Shown here piece after piece: positions 36,631 through 50,252 of a stretch of DNA of 64,000 nucleotides; position 1 is the stretch's first letter, and the number at the start of each line of letters is the position of its first letter. The position numbers were made by a program, and so were the translations under genes. The notes beneath the pieces were generated by a model. It was not told where the DNA came from, ran no database searches, and saw only the letters and a program-made list of their open reading frames with translations. Origin of the DNA: Camelus ferus (taxonomy: Eukaryota); NCBI RefSeq assembly GCF_009834535.1, contig NC_045696.1:19098001-19162000 (forward strand), written 5' to 3'.

Positions 36631-39509
36631 AACCTCAAAAAAGAAATAAAGAAAAGATGGAAAGAACCCTATTCCTATATAGTCAAACTAATACCGAACT
36701 CAAGGACAGTATAAAACTCCTTTGTAATATACTAGAGGTAAATCAGTACTCAAACAAAAAAAATTTTTTAACCAAGATTTTGTTCTTGATCATACTAAGA
36801 AATGCAGGCGATAAATAGTTGTATGATCATAAATCGGTCTTAATGGCCCAGGAGGAACATTCTTCCTGCCGTGCACAGCTCTTCTTGTAGTTGGCATATA
36901 GACTTGGTCCTTGCTGTGTACATTCCCTATATCCCTGGGCCTGGGCATTCCTTGATATATTTCTTGTTTCTTAGGAAAAAAAAAATTGTGTTATCTAGTG
37001 CCTCTTGGCACATACTACAGATACAACCTAGGCTGTAGAATGATGAGAGTTGGGTCAACAGCATCCATTCTGCTACTTCTCTGCCAGTACATTTCCCATG
37101 AGAACCCCAGGTCACATTTGCATCACATGGACCTAGTTGTCTTTGTACATGACATCACCTTGCGCAAAAATATGCAACCAAATATGTATACATTTTAAAG
37201 ACATTGCTTTCCATTTAATATATATGAACACATATGGAATAAATTAGACAGTCACTCATATTTATACAATGTTTGCAAATCTTTGGGTCAAATGGGAATC
37301 TCATTCATGTTTGGAATAATGTGACATGGCAGATGATTAATTTTAACATATCACCTATCATCAAGTTAACAGGCTAGAGCAGTATATGCATTTCCATGTT
37401 TTAATTTGACTAATGTGAGAAAATTACATAGCAAATTATCCAGACACATGACCTGACAGGGTGTGATTAGTTAACAAGTGTTTATCGATGATGGGCGTTG
37501 GTATCCACGCTCTGGGAAGTGCCCTGAAGTATGTCAGTTGTGAGTTCTGTGCAATACTGTGCAGCCTGGGAATGACACGGTCAAATGATTTCTTGTGGCT
37601 ATTCAGTGAGAAAAATTAACTGTGACAGCAAATCTCAGTAGTAGACATGCAATCTTCACTGATAAAATACTTCTTGGCCTTGGTAACACTTAGTCCAGGG
37701 TTTTTGAAGTCATATATTTCAATTGCTGGATCACTAAACTAGAACCACCCCTACCAGATGGGGAAATTATGTCATGCTGGAGCTGAGATAAAGGTATTTC
37801 CTCAGAGGTGTCTCGAGACCAGCTTGCACTTGGAACAGTCCTCGGCAGAGGGGAACCATGTAATAATGCTGTATATGTTGGGATAATGCTGTGAGATCCA
37901 AGAGAACACTCAATAAGTAAATTCTAGACAGATTCCCAGTTGTAAAAAAAATCCCATAATCCAGTGTCAAGCTTCATTGATTTATTGTATAGTTTGATGG
38001 CTTTGGAATTTCCATAAGTATAAATATTTATATTAGGAATTAATCATTATTATCAATTTCTTCAACATTAATTGATCACACCTAATATGAATCAATTCAA
38101 TATAATTCATAATATTAAATATTAATAAATGTTATATAAAGTCTAAAATTCTGTTTATTGTAAGGAAAAAAACACAATAAATACATTGAGGAGAAAAGAG
38201 TATTTTTATTTAGTTCTTCAGAAATAGCCTCCATCTACCTGTAAATCTAAGATGGCTATGATCTTCTTTTACACATGCAGATGGGAACAAGCAATTACAT
38301 TTTTCTCTCAGCAATCCTTGTTCCTAAAGCTTTCGGGAACCCAAGCAGCATCTTTTTATTGTCACTGTGGCTGCTACAGTTCTGCCATTCTCCCTTTGAA
38401 AGTATCAGGACGCACATAGAGTACACATCTGGATTTACGATTTTAAAAAATGTCAAAATCATTGATAAAATAGCCTACACAACATTGTGAAATGATAAAA
38501 AGGCTAAGGGTTAGTTGCGTCAAAAGAAAATAAGCGTGTCAGCAAGAGCTGCTCGTTTTCAGTAGAATCACATTTGTCTTCGCCTTTAGCTTCTCTTCTT
38601 GTTTTTAAATCCCCATTATGTTCCAACTGGAACAAAGAACAATTATGCCAGGAGGGATTAGGGTCTCTCCCCAGGCTCACTGCAAGAAAGGCCCCCACAC
38701 CGTATGACAGTTACCGCTGGATTTACTGCCTATCAGCAGATGCTCACTGAGACGAGCATGCTCCCTGAATTCATGTTGTGCCTGTCTCCTCTGCTCCCCG
38801 GTGCCTCTCCTCCTCGGAGACTTGTAGGGATAAGAATCTTCCTGTCCTATAACTAATGTTTTAGAGCTCTCAGAGCAGTATGTCTTTTGCCCCTCTCTGG
38901 GGAGTCATTTATCTCCTCTGAAGCACACTTTGATTATTTTGTTTTAAAGAGCAAGGTTTGGGTGTGCGTAACCCATTCAGTTATCAGGGTCAGATGCAAT
39001 TCTTCCCATCGTCCAGGGGGCCTGCTTTCCCCACATGATGAGTGGTTTATAAATGCTGCACTCTGTGATTTCTGGCTTTGCTACCTGCCCACTTAGAGAT
39101 AATCATTATTCATTCAAATGCACACTGCATGCATGATAAAAATCCAGTGAAAATTATTCTTACTGACAATATCCCAATTAGATGGGCTGGGGAACAACAG
39201 GGTGGCCTGGGCAAACTCTGTAAACCTCTCCAAGCCTCTGTTGCAGCATTTGTCCAGAACTGGTGTGTTCAGTCTTTTGAATCTGTTTGATGGTCCGTCC
39301 CTGTCTCCCCCTCTCAGTCTCTCTCTTCCATTTTGTCCATCCCCTTTATATTGACATGTCCGCTGATTAAGATGGATTAAAGAGAGGATTAGGTGTTAAA
39401 AAACTTCGTGGTGTTTAAAATACAACTTCCCCATGGTAATATTAGTCATACTTCTACTACTAGAAGTACTCTTGGCCTTCATACAACTCAACTGTGACTA
39501 GCAGCAACT

Positions 39510-39665
39510 AATAAAAATTCTTAATATATACAGCAACCCTGTGATATAGACAAAAAGTACAGAAAATTCTTATCTCAGTTTTATAGAGGAGAAAATCAAG
39601 CTTAAAATACTTACAAGGTCACAGGGTGGGAAAGAAGCAGAGATCTCTTCTTTTTAACCCAGGAC
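39510..39665 (-). mobile_element. MIR fragment
   Basis: acagcaaccctgtga...tatctcagttttatagaggagaaaatcaagctt...acttacaaggtcacag. Confidence 0.65.
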
Positions 39666-41751
39666 AACTTAAACGGATTTCTTCCTTAAAACCACTTGTG
39701 TTGACATGCATTCTCAGAGGGACCAGGAATGTATTCTTTGACTCACATGCTGAGGTTTATCATGGCTCTTTTTTTTTTCATACTCCTAACCCTATTATTA
39801 GACAGAGATTTGAAGGAAAGGATCATATGCATATAACTCATTAAGCACAATACCTAGAAGAGTGAATGATTCACAGTGGGCTTTAAATGCACACCTGTCG
39901 AACGTGTCCATCAAAGGCATCAGTGGTGCCAGACACCTCTTGAAAGTGTTCATAGAACACGTAGGGGCATGGACACTTTCACACATCACATCGTTGCTGG
40001 AGTTTGGTTGCCTAATTGAATGTTGGTCATCTCCAAAATATATACAGGTTCTGTTCAAAAAGAAAAGAAAATGAAAGAAAAGAAAACATGATGTAAGTGG
40101 GTTGTTTTTGTATTTCATACATTTTCCCATAAGATGTGTGCTAAATTGTAGTTAATTTCCCAGACCTGAAAAACATAACTTTAAATGAAAAGCACTTACT
40201 ATGACATACACACTACTCTTCCAACTCAGGTGTGTGCCTAGATTAATGCACATTTTTTGTGACGGTTGGTGGGTGTTTGTGTTTGTGTATTTACCAGATA
40301 ATTTTACATTTTCTTTAAGACACATCTCTATTCTGAAATGACTGTTACCACATATTTCAGTGCTTGGGCTCTAGTTCAGTGGTACAATGGAGATGGTAAG
40401 GGCATCCTTACTATATTCGAATTTATTTTGAATATCAGTTAGGGTTTGGAATCCTCCTCCTACCTAGGATTACTCATAAATTGGGACAGCAAACATTATT
40501 TCAGTACAGATGTCACCAGGATGCCCTGTTTCCTCAAGAATGAACAATATAATGAACTCTTTTGCTTATATAGCAGAGCATTTGGATTTTTTTGTTCAGG
40601 AGACTTTTATTCAGTAATGCCAACTTGATTACAATCAACTACCTCATCAACCAAATACATACCTACTATTACAACATATGGGGTGCCATGGTTAACAGCA
40701 TTTTTCCATTTCAATTCCTATTGCAGAAAAAGACAGGTAATTATAACCATACTGAAGAGCTTACCCAGTGCTTGTGAAGGCGTGAACATGAGTAGTACAC
40801 TTACAATTCAGACAAAGTTTTGATCAAAGGAGGTTGTTTTCATATCTTGGGTTATTGAGAATGAGAGACTTTTCTCAGTAAAGCCACCAGTTTCTATTGA
40901 TGTCCCTGTCACATTCACATTCCTCTGTCAAATCAGTCATAATATGATTTTATTTTAAATAGGCTTTGTTCTCAATGCAATTTAAACTGTCAGAGAATCA
41001 CACAGAGCTTAGGTAAAATTTGAGAAGAGGCACAAATGAGAATATGAAGGACCATAAATCATTCGGCTTTCAGTTGACTAAAACTATTAAGGGAAAAATA
41101 TACATTGAAATAATTTGCCATTTCTTCCTCTTTTCTAGAAATCATTCTTGTATAACCACCCCCCGCCACCAGCCTGAGAGAAATTATTCTAGTGTGGTGA
41201 TGGACAAGAATTTAAAAACTGTCACCAGGTTGTTACAAATGTGTAACCAAACACCACTCCCATAATTGCTGTATCTTTGTTTGTTAGGGATGCTCTGGGC
41301 AGATGATGGGTGTGATCTCTTTGTTTGTTCTTGTTCTTGCAGTGTCTCAGAAACCATTGCCCAAATGATAGAATTTTGTCAAACATTAAGCAGTTCTTCA
41401 AGATTACCTAAATGAAGTATATATCTGTATATATATATATGTCACCAGTGGTTATCTTATATTTGCAAATGCTTATATTTTTAAACTCTTTAAGGGTCTA
41501 ACAATTTACCCTCTAAAAATGTAAAAGGATCAAGAATCAGAATCAGTCTTGGTATTTACCTTAGATTCATCCTATTACACTTGGACTCCAGTCTTAAACG
41601 TCAATATACTTCTAGTTTTTTGTTTTTGTTTTTGTTAACCTACCTAAAATCCTTCTACCTCAATTCTGCTATAAATTCCAGTCTGATGTGATCATTTAAG
41701 TAATGATCCACAAAAGTCACTTCACACCGTTTAGATAAATAAATCTGCATA

Positions 41752-41788
41752 TGTGAGTTTGTGTGTGTGTGTATGTGTGTGCGTATGC
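41752..41788. repeat. Imperfect (TG)n microsatellite
   Basis: Directly visible. Confidence 0.8.
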
Positions 41789-43079
41789 TTTAGGATAAAT
41801 ACAAAATTAGTCTTAAAGTTTGTTTGCAGACACAACTTAAGGCTTCAGTTTTCTCAGTGAATCTAAGCAAATTACTGATATACAATGACCTTGGAAAACA
41901 AAGGAGGAGGGAAACTTCTGACAAAAAAAGAAAAAAAAAAAGAATGTAATTAGAGATACTCAGAGAAGCTATGTAACACCTTGTTGAATTAATATGTTTT
42001 TTAAATGTAGCTGTTACTTTAAATTTTTATTAAGTTTTAAGAGGAAGGAAGTGTAAAAAAAATGAAGAATACTATAAAGACAGTTTTACCCACTTTGTCT
42101 CTATATAAAGTAAGAATTTTTAGAGTCATTAGTAAATGAAAAACAAATTACAAAATATATTTATTTCTAAACTGTATTAGTTCATGACTGAATTTCTTTT
42201 GAATTAGCCTCTTTTTCTATAAAAATATTTTAAAAGTTGACTAAAACTTAATTCCAATCCAAAGCTAGGGCAACGTTTCATTTCATTTTGTTTTGTTTGG
42301 TAATGTTTTGTTTCCTTTAATGACTTCAAGTGATCAAGGTTGGATTCTTGCAGTGTCTTTGTAAGGGGCTCTGGTCTTTCCTACTTCATTTCGTGGTTGC
42401 TCGATGTCAATTCTTTATTGGCAGGTAACACAGCCTGTTTATTACCTAGAAATTATTAAAGAGTTCTCCTCTTTCTAGCTTTCAGAGAAAGCTATTTTTT
42501 TCTACAAACCACCTTAATGCTCTTCTGTTCTATGTTAAAAACCATAGGAGAAAATTACACTCTTTTTAAATTTCTTTTTTTCTTCTCCCTTTCACTGATC
42601 CCTTGCCATGACTACTTCTCTGAAAGTATAAAAGTGTACTGCATAGTTTTGGATAAAGAATTATGATTGCTTTTGTGTAAAATTGCTCCCTTATAATTTG
42701 GAATATTTAGAATAGGTTTAAATGTCTTCTGTTCAAATTGGTTGTATTTGGAAATATTTAGGCTAAATTTTGTGATGGGTGTGCTGATGTATATATTTCT
42801 TATAGCCTACCTTATAGAAAAATACTAGAAAGGGAATTTGGGAGAATATCACTTAGCCTAACAAGCTGATACTGCAGCCTAAAGTCATCCCAACATGATA
42901 CCAGACTTGTTTTTTTGGTAGCATGGTAGCTTTTTCAGTGTGCCGTTCTCACATCTCCCATACCCCGATCCCACAGCCATCAGAGTAAGCTTGTTTCCTT
43001 GTCTTCAAACCATTTTCTTTCTCCTTGGGAAGTTAGGTTGAAGACAGAAATAAAACACGTTTTTAAAAGTCATTTGTAC

Positions 43080-43693
43080 AGCAACCTAGATGTCCTTCAG
43101 TAGGTGAATGGATAAATAAACTGTGCTACATCCAGACAATGGAATATTAGTTGGTACTAAAAAGAAATGAGCTATGAAGCCATGAAAAGACATGGAAGAA
43201 CTTTAAATGCATTATTACTAAGTGAAGTAAAGCAATCTGAAAAGGCTACATACTGCATAATTCCAACGATATGACATTCTGGAAAACATGAAAGTATGGA
43301 GACAATAAAACAAAAAGGTCAGTTGTTGCCAGGGGCTGGGGGACCAGCCATGGATAAATACTAGACACAGAGGATTTTTATGGCAGTGAAATATTCTGTA
43401 TGATACCAAAAAGATGGGCATGTGTTATAATACATTTGTCCAAACCCATAGAATGGGTTAACTCTAATGTAAACTGTGGACTTGGGGTGATATTGATGTG
43501 TCAATGTATGTTCATCAATTATAACAAATGTACCACTCTGGTGGGGGATGTTGATAATGGGGGAAAGCTATGCCTGTGTGGGGGTAGGGGCTACATGGGA
43601 AAAATCTGTACCTTCCTCTCAATTTTTCCATGAATCTAAAACTGCTTTAAAATTTAAATCTTTTAAACAATAACAATACCAACCACAAAAACC
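43080..43693 (+). mobile_element. L1MC1/2-like 3' end with A-rich tail and TSD
   Basis: gcaacctagatgtccttcagtaggtgaatggataaataaactgtg...aatctgaaaaggctacatactg...aacaaatgtaccactctggtgggggatgttgataatgggg; flanked by aagtcatttgtac / aagtcatttatac. Confidence 0.9.
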
Positions 43694-43706
43694 AAGTCAT
43701 TTATAC

Positions 43707-43892
43707 CAGAAGTTCTCAAAGTATAGTCCCAGACCAGCAGCATTGTAGCACATGGAAACTCTTTAAAGAAGCAAATTTCCAGGTACCACTCCAGTCTTAC
43801 TAAATCAGAAATTCAGGGAGTGAGAACCAGGAATTGCTGTTTAAGAAGGCTTCCTGATCATTCTGACACACGCTAAACTCTGAGAAACACTG
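43707..43892. mobile_element. MER5A hAT-Charlie MITE
   Basis: cagaagttctcaaagtatagtcccagaccagcagcat...actaaatcagaaa...gatcattctgacacacgctaaactctgagaaacactg. Confidence 0.85.
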
Positions 43893-46800
43893 CTGTCAAT
43901 GGAAGAATTCTACCTCTATCTACGTGCAAGTCTGATTTCCAAACAGTTCACTCCGTATGCTCTTGATATTCTATCCAGGGCTGCAGCTTTTACTCTTTCA
44001 GGGAAAGAAAAATTACTATGTGTTTTTTAAAAAATACTCCTGTATATAGTTTTAGAATTGCACTTTCCTCACTTGGCAGAAAATTGAGTATTAGCTCCTG
44101 GTATCTTCTCTCAGCTTCATCTAAATTTCATCGTATCAGGTTGATATTTCAGAATGTGTGGGATGATGATGGAAACTTGTCTAGTTTTCCTGTAGATAAA
44201 GTTTTCATCTCTAGTTTATTGTGATTTATATCACTTTTAATGTCTGTCAAACAATTTTGGAAATATGTACCAACTCTCCATCTTTCTTGGAAGTCTCTCA
44301 GTGCACTGCATACTTATTAGACACTAACACCTAATGGCATGTAACTTCTTTGCTTTAAAATATAAACTTCCTTGCAATGTCGCAGTTTCAGGGACACCTG
44401 AGAGCTATTTCAGTGCATCGTTGTCTCCACTGAAATGGAAAAGGGATCTAGGGGTTATTTCTCTGTAGCAGCAGAGAGGTATACCAATCACGCTGGAAAG
44501 TAAAGCAGGTTGTCCCCAAGCATTGACCAAAAAGAAGCTGATATTTCAAAATAGCCTTGTCCCACTGCATACTGGAAGCACTGAAGAACCATGTATTTTT
44601 TTTGTTTTTTTTTTCTTTCTTCCATCTTGCTAAGAATTCAAGTCACGTATTAGTTTTTCACTGGTGCTCTTAGTAAGGAAAAGGGTGCTAAAGAGAATCT
44701 GGAGAAAGAATCTACTTAGATTAGATAAAAAGAAATCCACATAAAATGACTGAGAGGCAAAGCCTAAGGGATAGTTACCCCGAATGCCATGGTGGTCAGC
44801 AGACACCTACCCTTCTCCCCTTTCTCCCTCTTTGTCCTTTCCTAACAAACTCCGCTTTCCTCTTACTAGGTGTGGCCTTGGATTAACTGTCATTGCTCTT
44901 TATTCATTTCCATATTAGGACCTCTGTGGACCTCATCAGGAAGTCCAACCAAGTTCTCACTTTTCTCATAATGACATATTGATGCTTTTACTAGAATATT
45001 AATATGAAACATTTTCCAACAATATTTGGTTTTTCTGCACATGCTTAAGCCATTGATGGTACAATCCAGCAGTGACCATGAGTAATATTTTTGATCCTCT
45101 GCTCCAGATCTGCATGGACACTGGCCACTGTCTTTATCCAGGAACCACTGACCTTTATGTGAAAATAAGGGGTGTCCATTCTGGAAACACCACATTCCTT
45201 GTGGAAAAAATACAAGTCAGAGGACAAACTCATTTTAAATGTGGGAGATAAAGCAGTAGGGGGTGAGGTGAAGCACCAGCATAAGAAAAGGTAGATGAGA
45301 AAATGTGTTTTATTTTAGATGTGTTTTAGGAAATGAACTTCTGTAAAGTAACAATAATAATATTGAACATATTAGACTATTTTGTATATTATTTTGTTAT
45401 TTAAACAATTAATTAATATTACATAAATAAATTAATACATTATGCTCTTCCTTGCTCCTGCCATGTGTTTACAAACAACTTACTGGCAATTCTTTAATTC
45501 TTTACAAACTTTAAAAAAAAATGTTAATTATTCATAGAGAGTACCACAGTCTCATAGTTTATCAGAGATCCATTTTTTGATAATTCAGTATTTTCAAAAC
45601 ATTTTATTTATCATAACAACTTCTTAGGAATTAATTTTAAAGACAGGATATTTCAATTACAAATGAAAACATTCTCTGTGTAAATTAACTCCTAACACAC
45701 AATGATCCAACTTTCTTACAGTGAGCCAAATTGTTAAAACCAACATAATATGAATAAAATTTACATGCATAGAAGTTAATTAAATAAAAAGGATAATGTG
45801 CAAAATTTAAACATGAAAATTTTGGTATAGCCTTATTTAAATCTTGTACTAATACCTAAAGATTGACGACATGTTAATAAAAGGTTTCATGATAATTATT
45901 TTTATACATCATCAAATACATTTCCTTTTGAGAACTCCTTACGTGATAATGTAACATACCACCATCCAGTGTAAAATTTCCATTTTAATGATATAATATG
46001 ATATAATAAGATGAATATGTCCTTGTAATCCATCAGAAATGGTCATAAAATTCAGCAGTGTATTTTGGTTATGTGATTTCATGCAGTTATCTTTCTGAGC
46101 CTCAGTGTTCTCATACAGATATCAAATTCCAAGTGTGTACACATGCATGTGTGTATGTGTGTAAGTGCATTTGTGTGTATGTGCATGTAAGAGAGAGGAA
46201 GAGAGAAGACTGAATTACATAACATTTCTGAAAGCACAGATACCAGATTTTTCAGTTAGCTACATACCTTTATTTATAAGTTCAAAGACCAAAATAATAA
46301 GTTATATGATAAAATTCTGTTTTTGTTTTTGTTTTTGTTTTACTTTTTATTTACCTTCATTTCAGGTGAAATGACACTTTTGGCCTGAATTACCCACATG
46401 AAAGTCTCTGAATTCCATTATGATTTACATACACAGATTTGCTTATATAGAAAGGCACTCTGGCCCTTGTTTGTCATTTTTAGATTGAAAACAAAGCAGC
46501 AAATTCATGAAGTAATCAGTGTCATAAATAACAAATGCCCTTGCCATAATTTTTCACTTGAATAGGTGCATTTATTTTTCATCTGATGTTAGATAGTGCT
46601 TTGCTTATATACCCTTGGGAGACAACAGAGTTATCTCTCTGTAAGTAGAAAACAACTAGACTTTGATAAATGGATGAGGCAAAGCTCATGTTCCATAGAT
46701 TTCATATGTCACTTTTTTACAAGAGGTTTTTCATTTTTGTTTTTTGTATATTTAATATGTGATATCAACAAAATGTGGGGTTTTTTTTCATTTATCATGA

Positions 46801-48759
46801 CTTGGTATGTTATTCAAGATATTAGTTCCTGAGTACAAGTTTTGGAACAGGTTGAGAATTTTTCAGTAGAAACATTTTTAGTTGCAGGCAGGAGTTTTCC
46901 CAATTGAAGTCGAGAATACTTCTACATGTTACAACAATGTGGTGGACAAATTATACTAAACAAAAAAATCTTCATGTGTTGCTATTATAACCTGGTTTTC
47001 CACAAATGAGTTACAAGTGTGCCCAAAAGAGTTCAACGTCTGCAAAAATATTTATCCCCCTGGTCACCTACTTAGCTGAACAAGACTCGAAATATTAAGC
47101 TAGTTGCCACCAACATCAAGAACTTTCTTTTTTCAATATGTCATATAATTTTAGCATATTCTATGAATGCCATGATATGAAATATTTTAGGAGCGCTTGA
47201 TTGAAAGCAAATTTTAAAAAATAACTTAATGGTAAGATAAAATATTTTAAAATAATACTTGAAATAAACTACTAATTTTTTTTAAAGTAAGGTATTCTCT
47301 GAGGCCAATAATACAGCAAAAGCAGGATCCACAGAAGGTAAGGAACTCCCAAAGGAAATGCTCTGCCTGTGGCTTTTGGCAAACCCTGGTGAAATATAGC
47401 CTGTGCAGAGCAGGTATGAAAAGGGAACACCCAAGAATGCCTAGGAAATGCCAAAGGAACTCTAAAAAAGCAACTCGTATACAGTGGGGTACCAAAGGAA
47501 TATACCACCAACTTGTGTGAATGTATCTACGAAACAAAGGAGAGTCGCAAAAAAAATCTTGACCTTACTACGAGGCTGAAAAAAAATATATATCTTCTCA
47601 GAAACTGTAAGCTAGCCCTACACAGATTTTTGAACTGAATTTATTCTACTTTGCAGATCTGAAAATACCAACTGAAGAACTAAAATGTTACGTGGTTGAC
47701 AATACCTCTGGCAACAGGCAGAAACACAAATTCTATTCTATTTTAATGCAGGCCTCAAGTAAATGCCAAAAGTAGATAAGAAAAAAATAATCAACATGAG
47801 TTTAAAAATTACCAATGAAACACAAAGAAATGTCGTACCTTAATCACCAGAAGATGTGGCAGACATGAGAATTAAAGCTATGAAGCTTTTAGAATTCAGA
47901 CTTATTAGAAACAAAATGTAAAATAAACATTTAATTAATTTTAAAGGATAATTATAAGGCCTGAACTTATGCAGAAAGAAGTAGAACATACAAGAAATAA
48001 AGCAACAATTTCTAAAATAAATAACAATAGAATTTTTGAAGGAATAACTATAAAACTAAAAAGCCAAGCTGTAGTGGATTGGTTCATCAGCATATTAAAT
48101 ATTATTTAAGAGGAAATTATTGACCTAAAAGATAGACCCAAGATGCAAGTGTACGCCAAAAAAGACAGGTATCATCATTTTGCTTATTTAAAAAGATAAA
48201 ATAAATTACAAGGAAATTTGGAGACTAAATAAGTTTTAAAACCATGGATTATTTAAGGGAGTTAATGAAATAACTTAAATTTAGACTGTCTTAAGATAAC
48301 TAAGTACGTTAAAATACAAGACAAAATGAAGACACAAGAAGACAAATATGATGTTCAAAATAAGACTAAACAGAGCAGTAATCACAATAAAAGTTAACAG
48401 AGTAAACTTGAAAAGTAAAAAAAAAAATCAGAAATCACAATAAACAAACTAAATGCAGTAGTCAAAAGAAAAAAGATTTTCAGAATGTAAACAAAGAGAA
48501 AATTCAGCTATGATTGTGAGGGAAACATTCCAGAGTCAAAGAATTTCAAACCAAGTTTTCAAAAATACAGCCATCCTTCTTCCAGAGACTAGGGAACATC
48601 CATACTTCATAGTCTTAACATAAAATTTTCAGTTTTTTATTTATACATGAAAAGAACCTAGCACCCACTCCAAAAATTGCTCTCCAGGCAAGAGTTGAGG
48701 AAGGATCTTGTGATATTTTGGCAGGAAAGGTGAGAACTCTGGGAGTTCATAGCATTTTC

Positions 48760-48951
48760 AGATCCTGTCTTTATTTAAAATTTATATTTTTTTCTTCATC
48801 GTGGATTTTTGTATTAATTTTGATTTTTTAAAAAGTATGTGGCATTAAAGTATTATTTATCGAGTTAAATAATTTGTCTAAATTTTTTGGCATCCTCTTA
48901 AATTTTGCCCCCAATGCTCATGCCTCACTTCCTTTACACTACCCTGCCCTG
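48760..48951. mobile_element. MER96B-like hAT MITE fragment
   Basis: gatcctgtctttatttaaaattt...ttcatcgtggatttttgtattaattttgatttttta...cttaaattttgccccc...tgcctcactt...ccctgccct. Confidence 0.7.
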
Positions 48952-49889
48952 CTAGTGGATCCAGGGTAACCAACTCTTTCCTCCAGGCTAAAGCTACCTG
49001 AGGGTGGTGGCAACATACATGTGCCTTTCAAAGCTTCTTCAGTCTCAGGTGGTGTCCTTGATGTGCTGAAGAGCCATGCACGTTTTTTGGTGGTAGTGGG
49101 TCTGATGTGGTTGTGGTTAATGGTCCTCTTGACTCAAGCTCCGAGTGCAGGGCAGACTTATAATAAAAGTTGAGTATCTAAGGTATTCCACTGCAATATT
49201 CAGCCATGGGACTGCATGAGATAACTTTAAATGGCCTACCTAGCCCACGTGTTGGCATGGAACCTACTGTATTATGCTGGAATTCCTTTACATAGACTCA
49301 GTCCTCCGGCATAGTACTTAACATTAATGTGGAGTCCGATGTTAGCTTATCAAACGGGGAAAATGCTAAAAAGGATTTTGATATTTTGTGATTCCTTGAA
49401 AATAAGATATAAAATTAAATCAAAGTGGGTAAGAGGCCTCTAACTTTGGTTTTACTCTCCAAGTTATGTGCATGGGTTTCTTCCTATCACCAGTGGCACC
49501 AGTAAGGCAACAGCAACCATAAGAATTTCTATTGACTGTGAAAGTCACTATCCTCTCTACTGTATTATGTATAAAAGAGTCACACAAAACATAAAAATGA
49601 AGAAAAGTTAAACATAAAAAAGACTAAAGATTTTAACAAGCAACTATCCATGTAAAAGAAAAAAAGTCAAACATATTACTTTTCTTGAAGAGTCTTTATA
49701 CAATAATGAAACGTTATCAATCCCCACTGAAATAGTAGAATGTATGGTTATAAAGCTTAAAATATTGTATTTTAAGTTAAAGCTTAAAACATTGTATTAT
49801 TTCTCTTTAAAAAAAAAGCTCTTTAAGCAATAAATAATACCCAAACACACAATAATAAAGGCAGTCAAAAATACACACATATTTAACTA

Positions 49890-50252
49890 ATGAGTCTCTA
49901 AGACAGCTGTTTAAGCTTGGCTTGGTTATGTAGTTTTTCTGGTCTCAAATAGGTTGACTTATATAACTCATCACCAACTAATTGCCAGCTAGTCTGGATG
50001 GTCTTGCTACTATGTCTCCAAAAGACTGGCCAGGGCATGATCTCATGTTAATCGGCACATGGCAAAAAACAAACACCGTTGACTAAGTACCGTTCAAGTT
50101 CATGTCATGTTTGCTAAGCCTCCATTGATCAAAGAAGGCAAAGGGCAGCGTCAAGTGGGAGGACACTCTGAGACACTATGAGGCAAACAACAAAGGGTGG
50201 ACTCGGGGAGACGTGAAGAATCATGGTTACTAATGCATCCAATCTACTATAA
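49890..50252 (-). mobile_element. MaLR LTR fragment, MLT1G/H-like
   Basis: tgtcatgtttgctaagcctccattgatcaaag...gacgtgaagaatcatgg...aatctactat. Confidence 0.55.

Noticed and set aside
44405..44438. Small hairpin atttcagtg…cactgaaat as a possible miRNA or structured RNA
   Set aside because: The 9-11 bp stem is too short for a pre-miRNA and is expected by chance in 64 kb of AT-rich DNA.
44890..45195. 101-aa minus-strand ORF
   Set aside because: No recognisable homology or splice structure.
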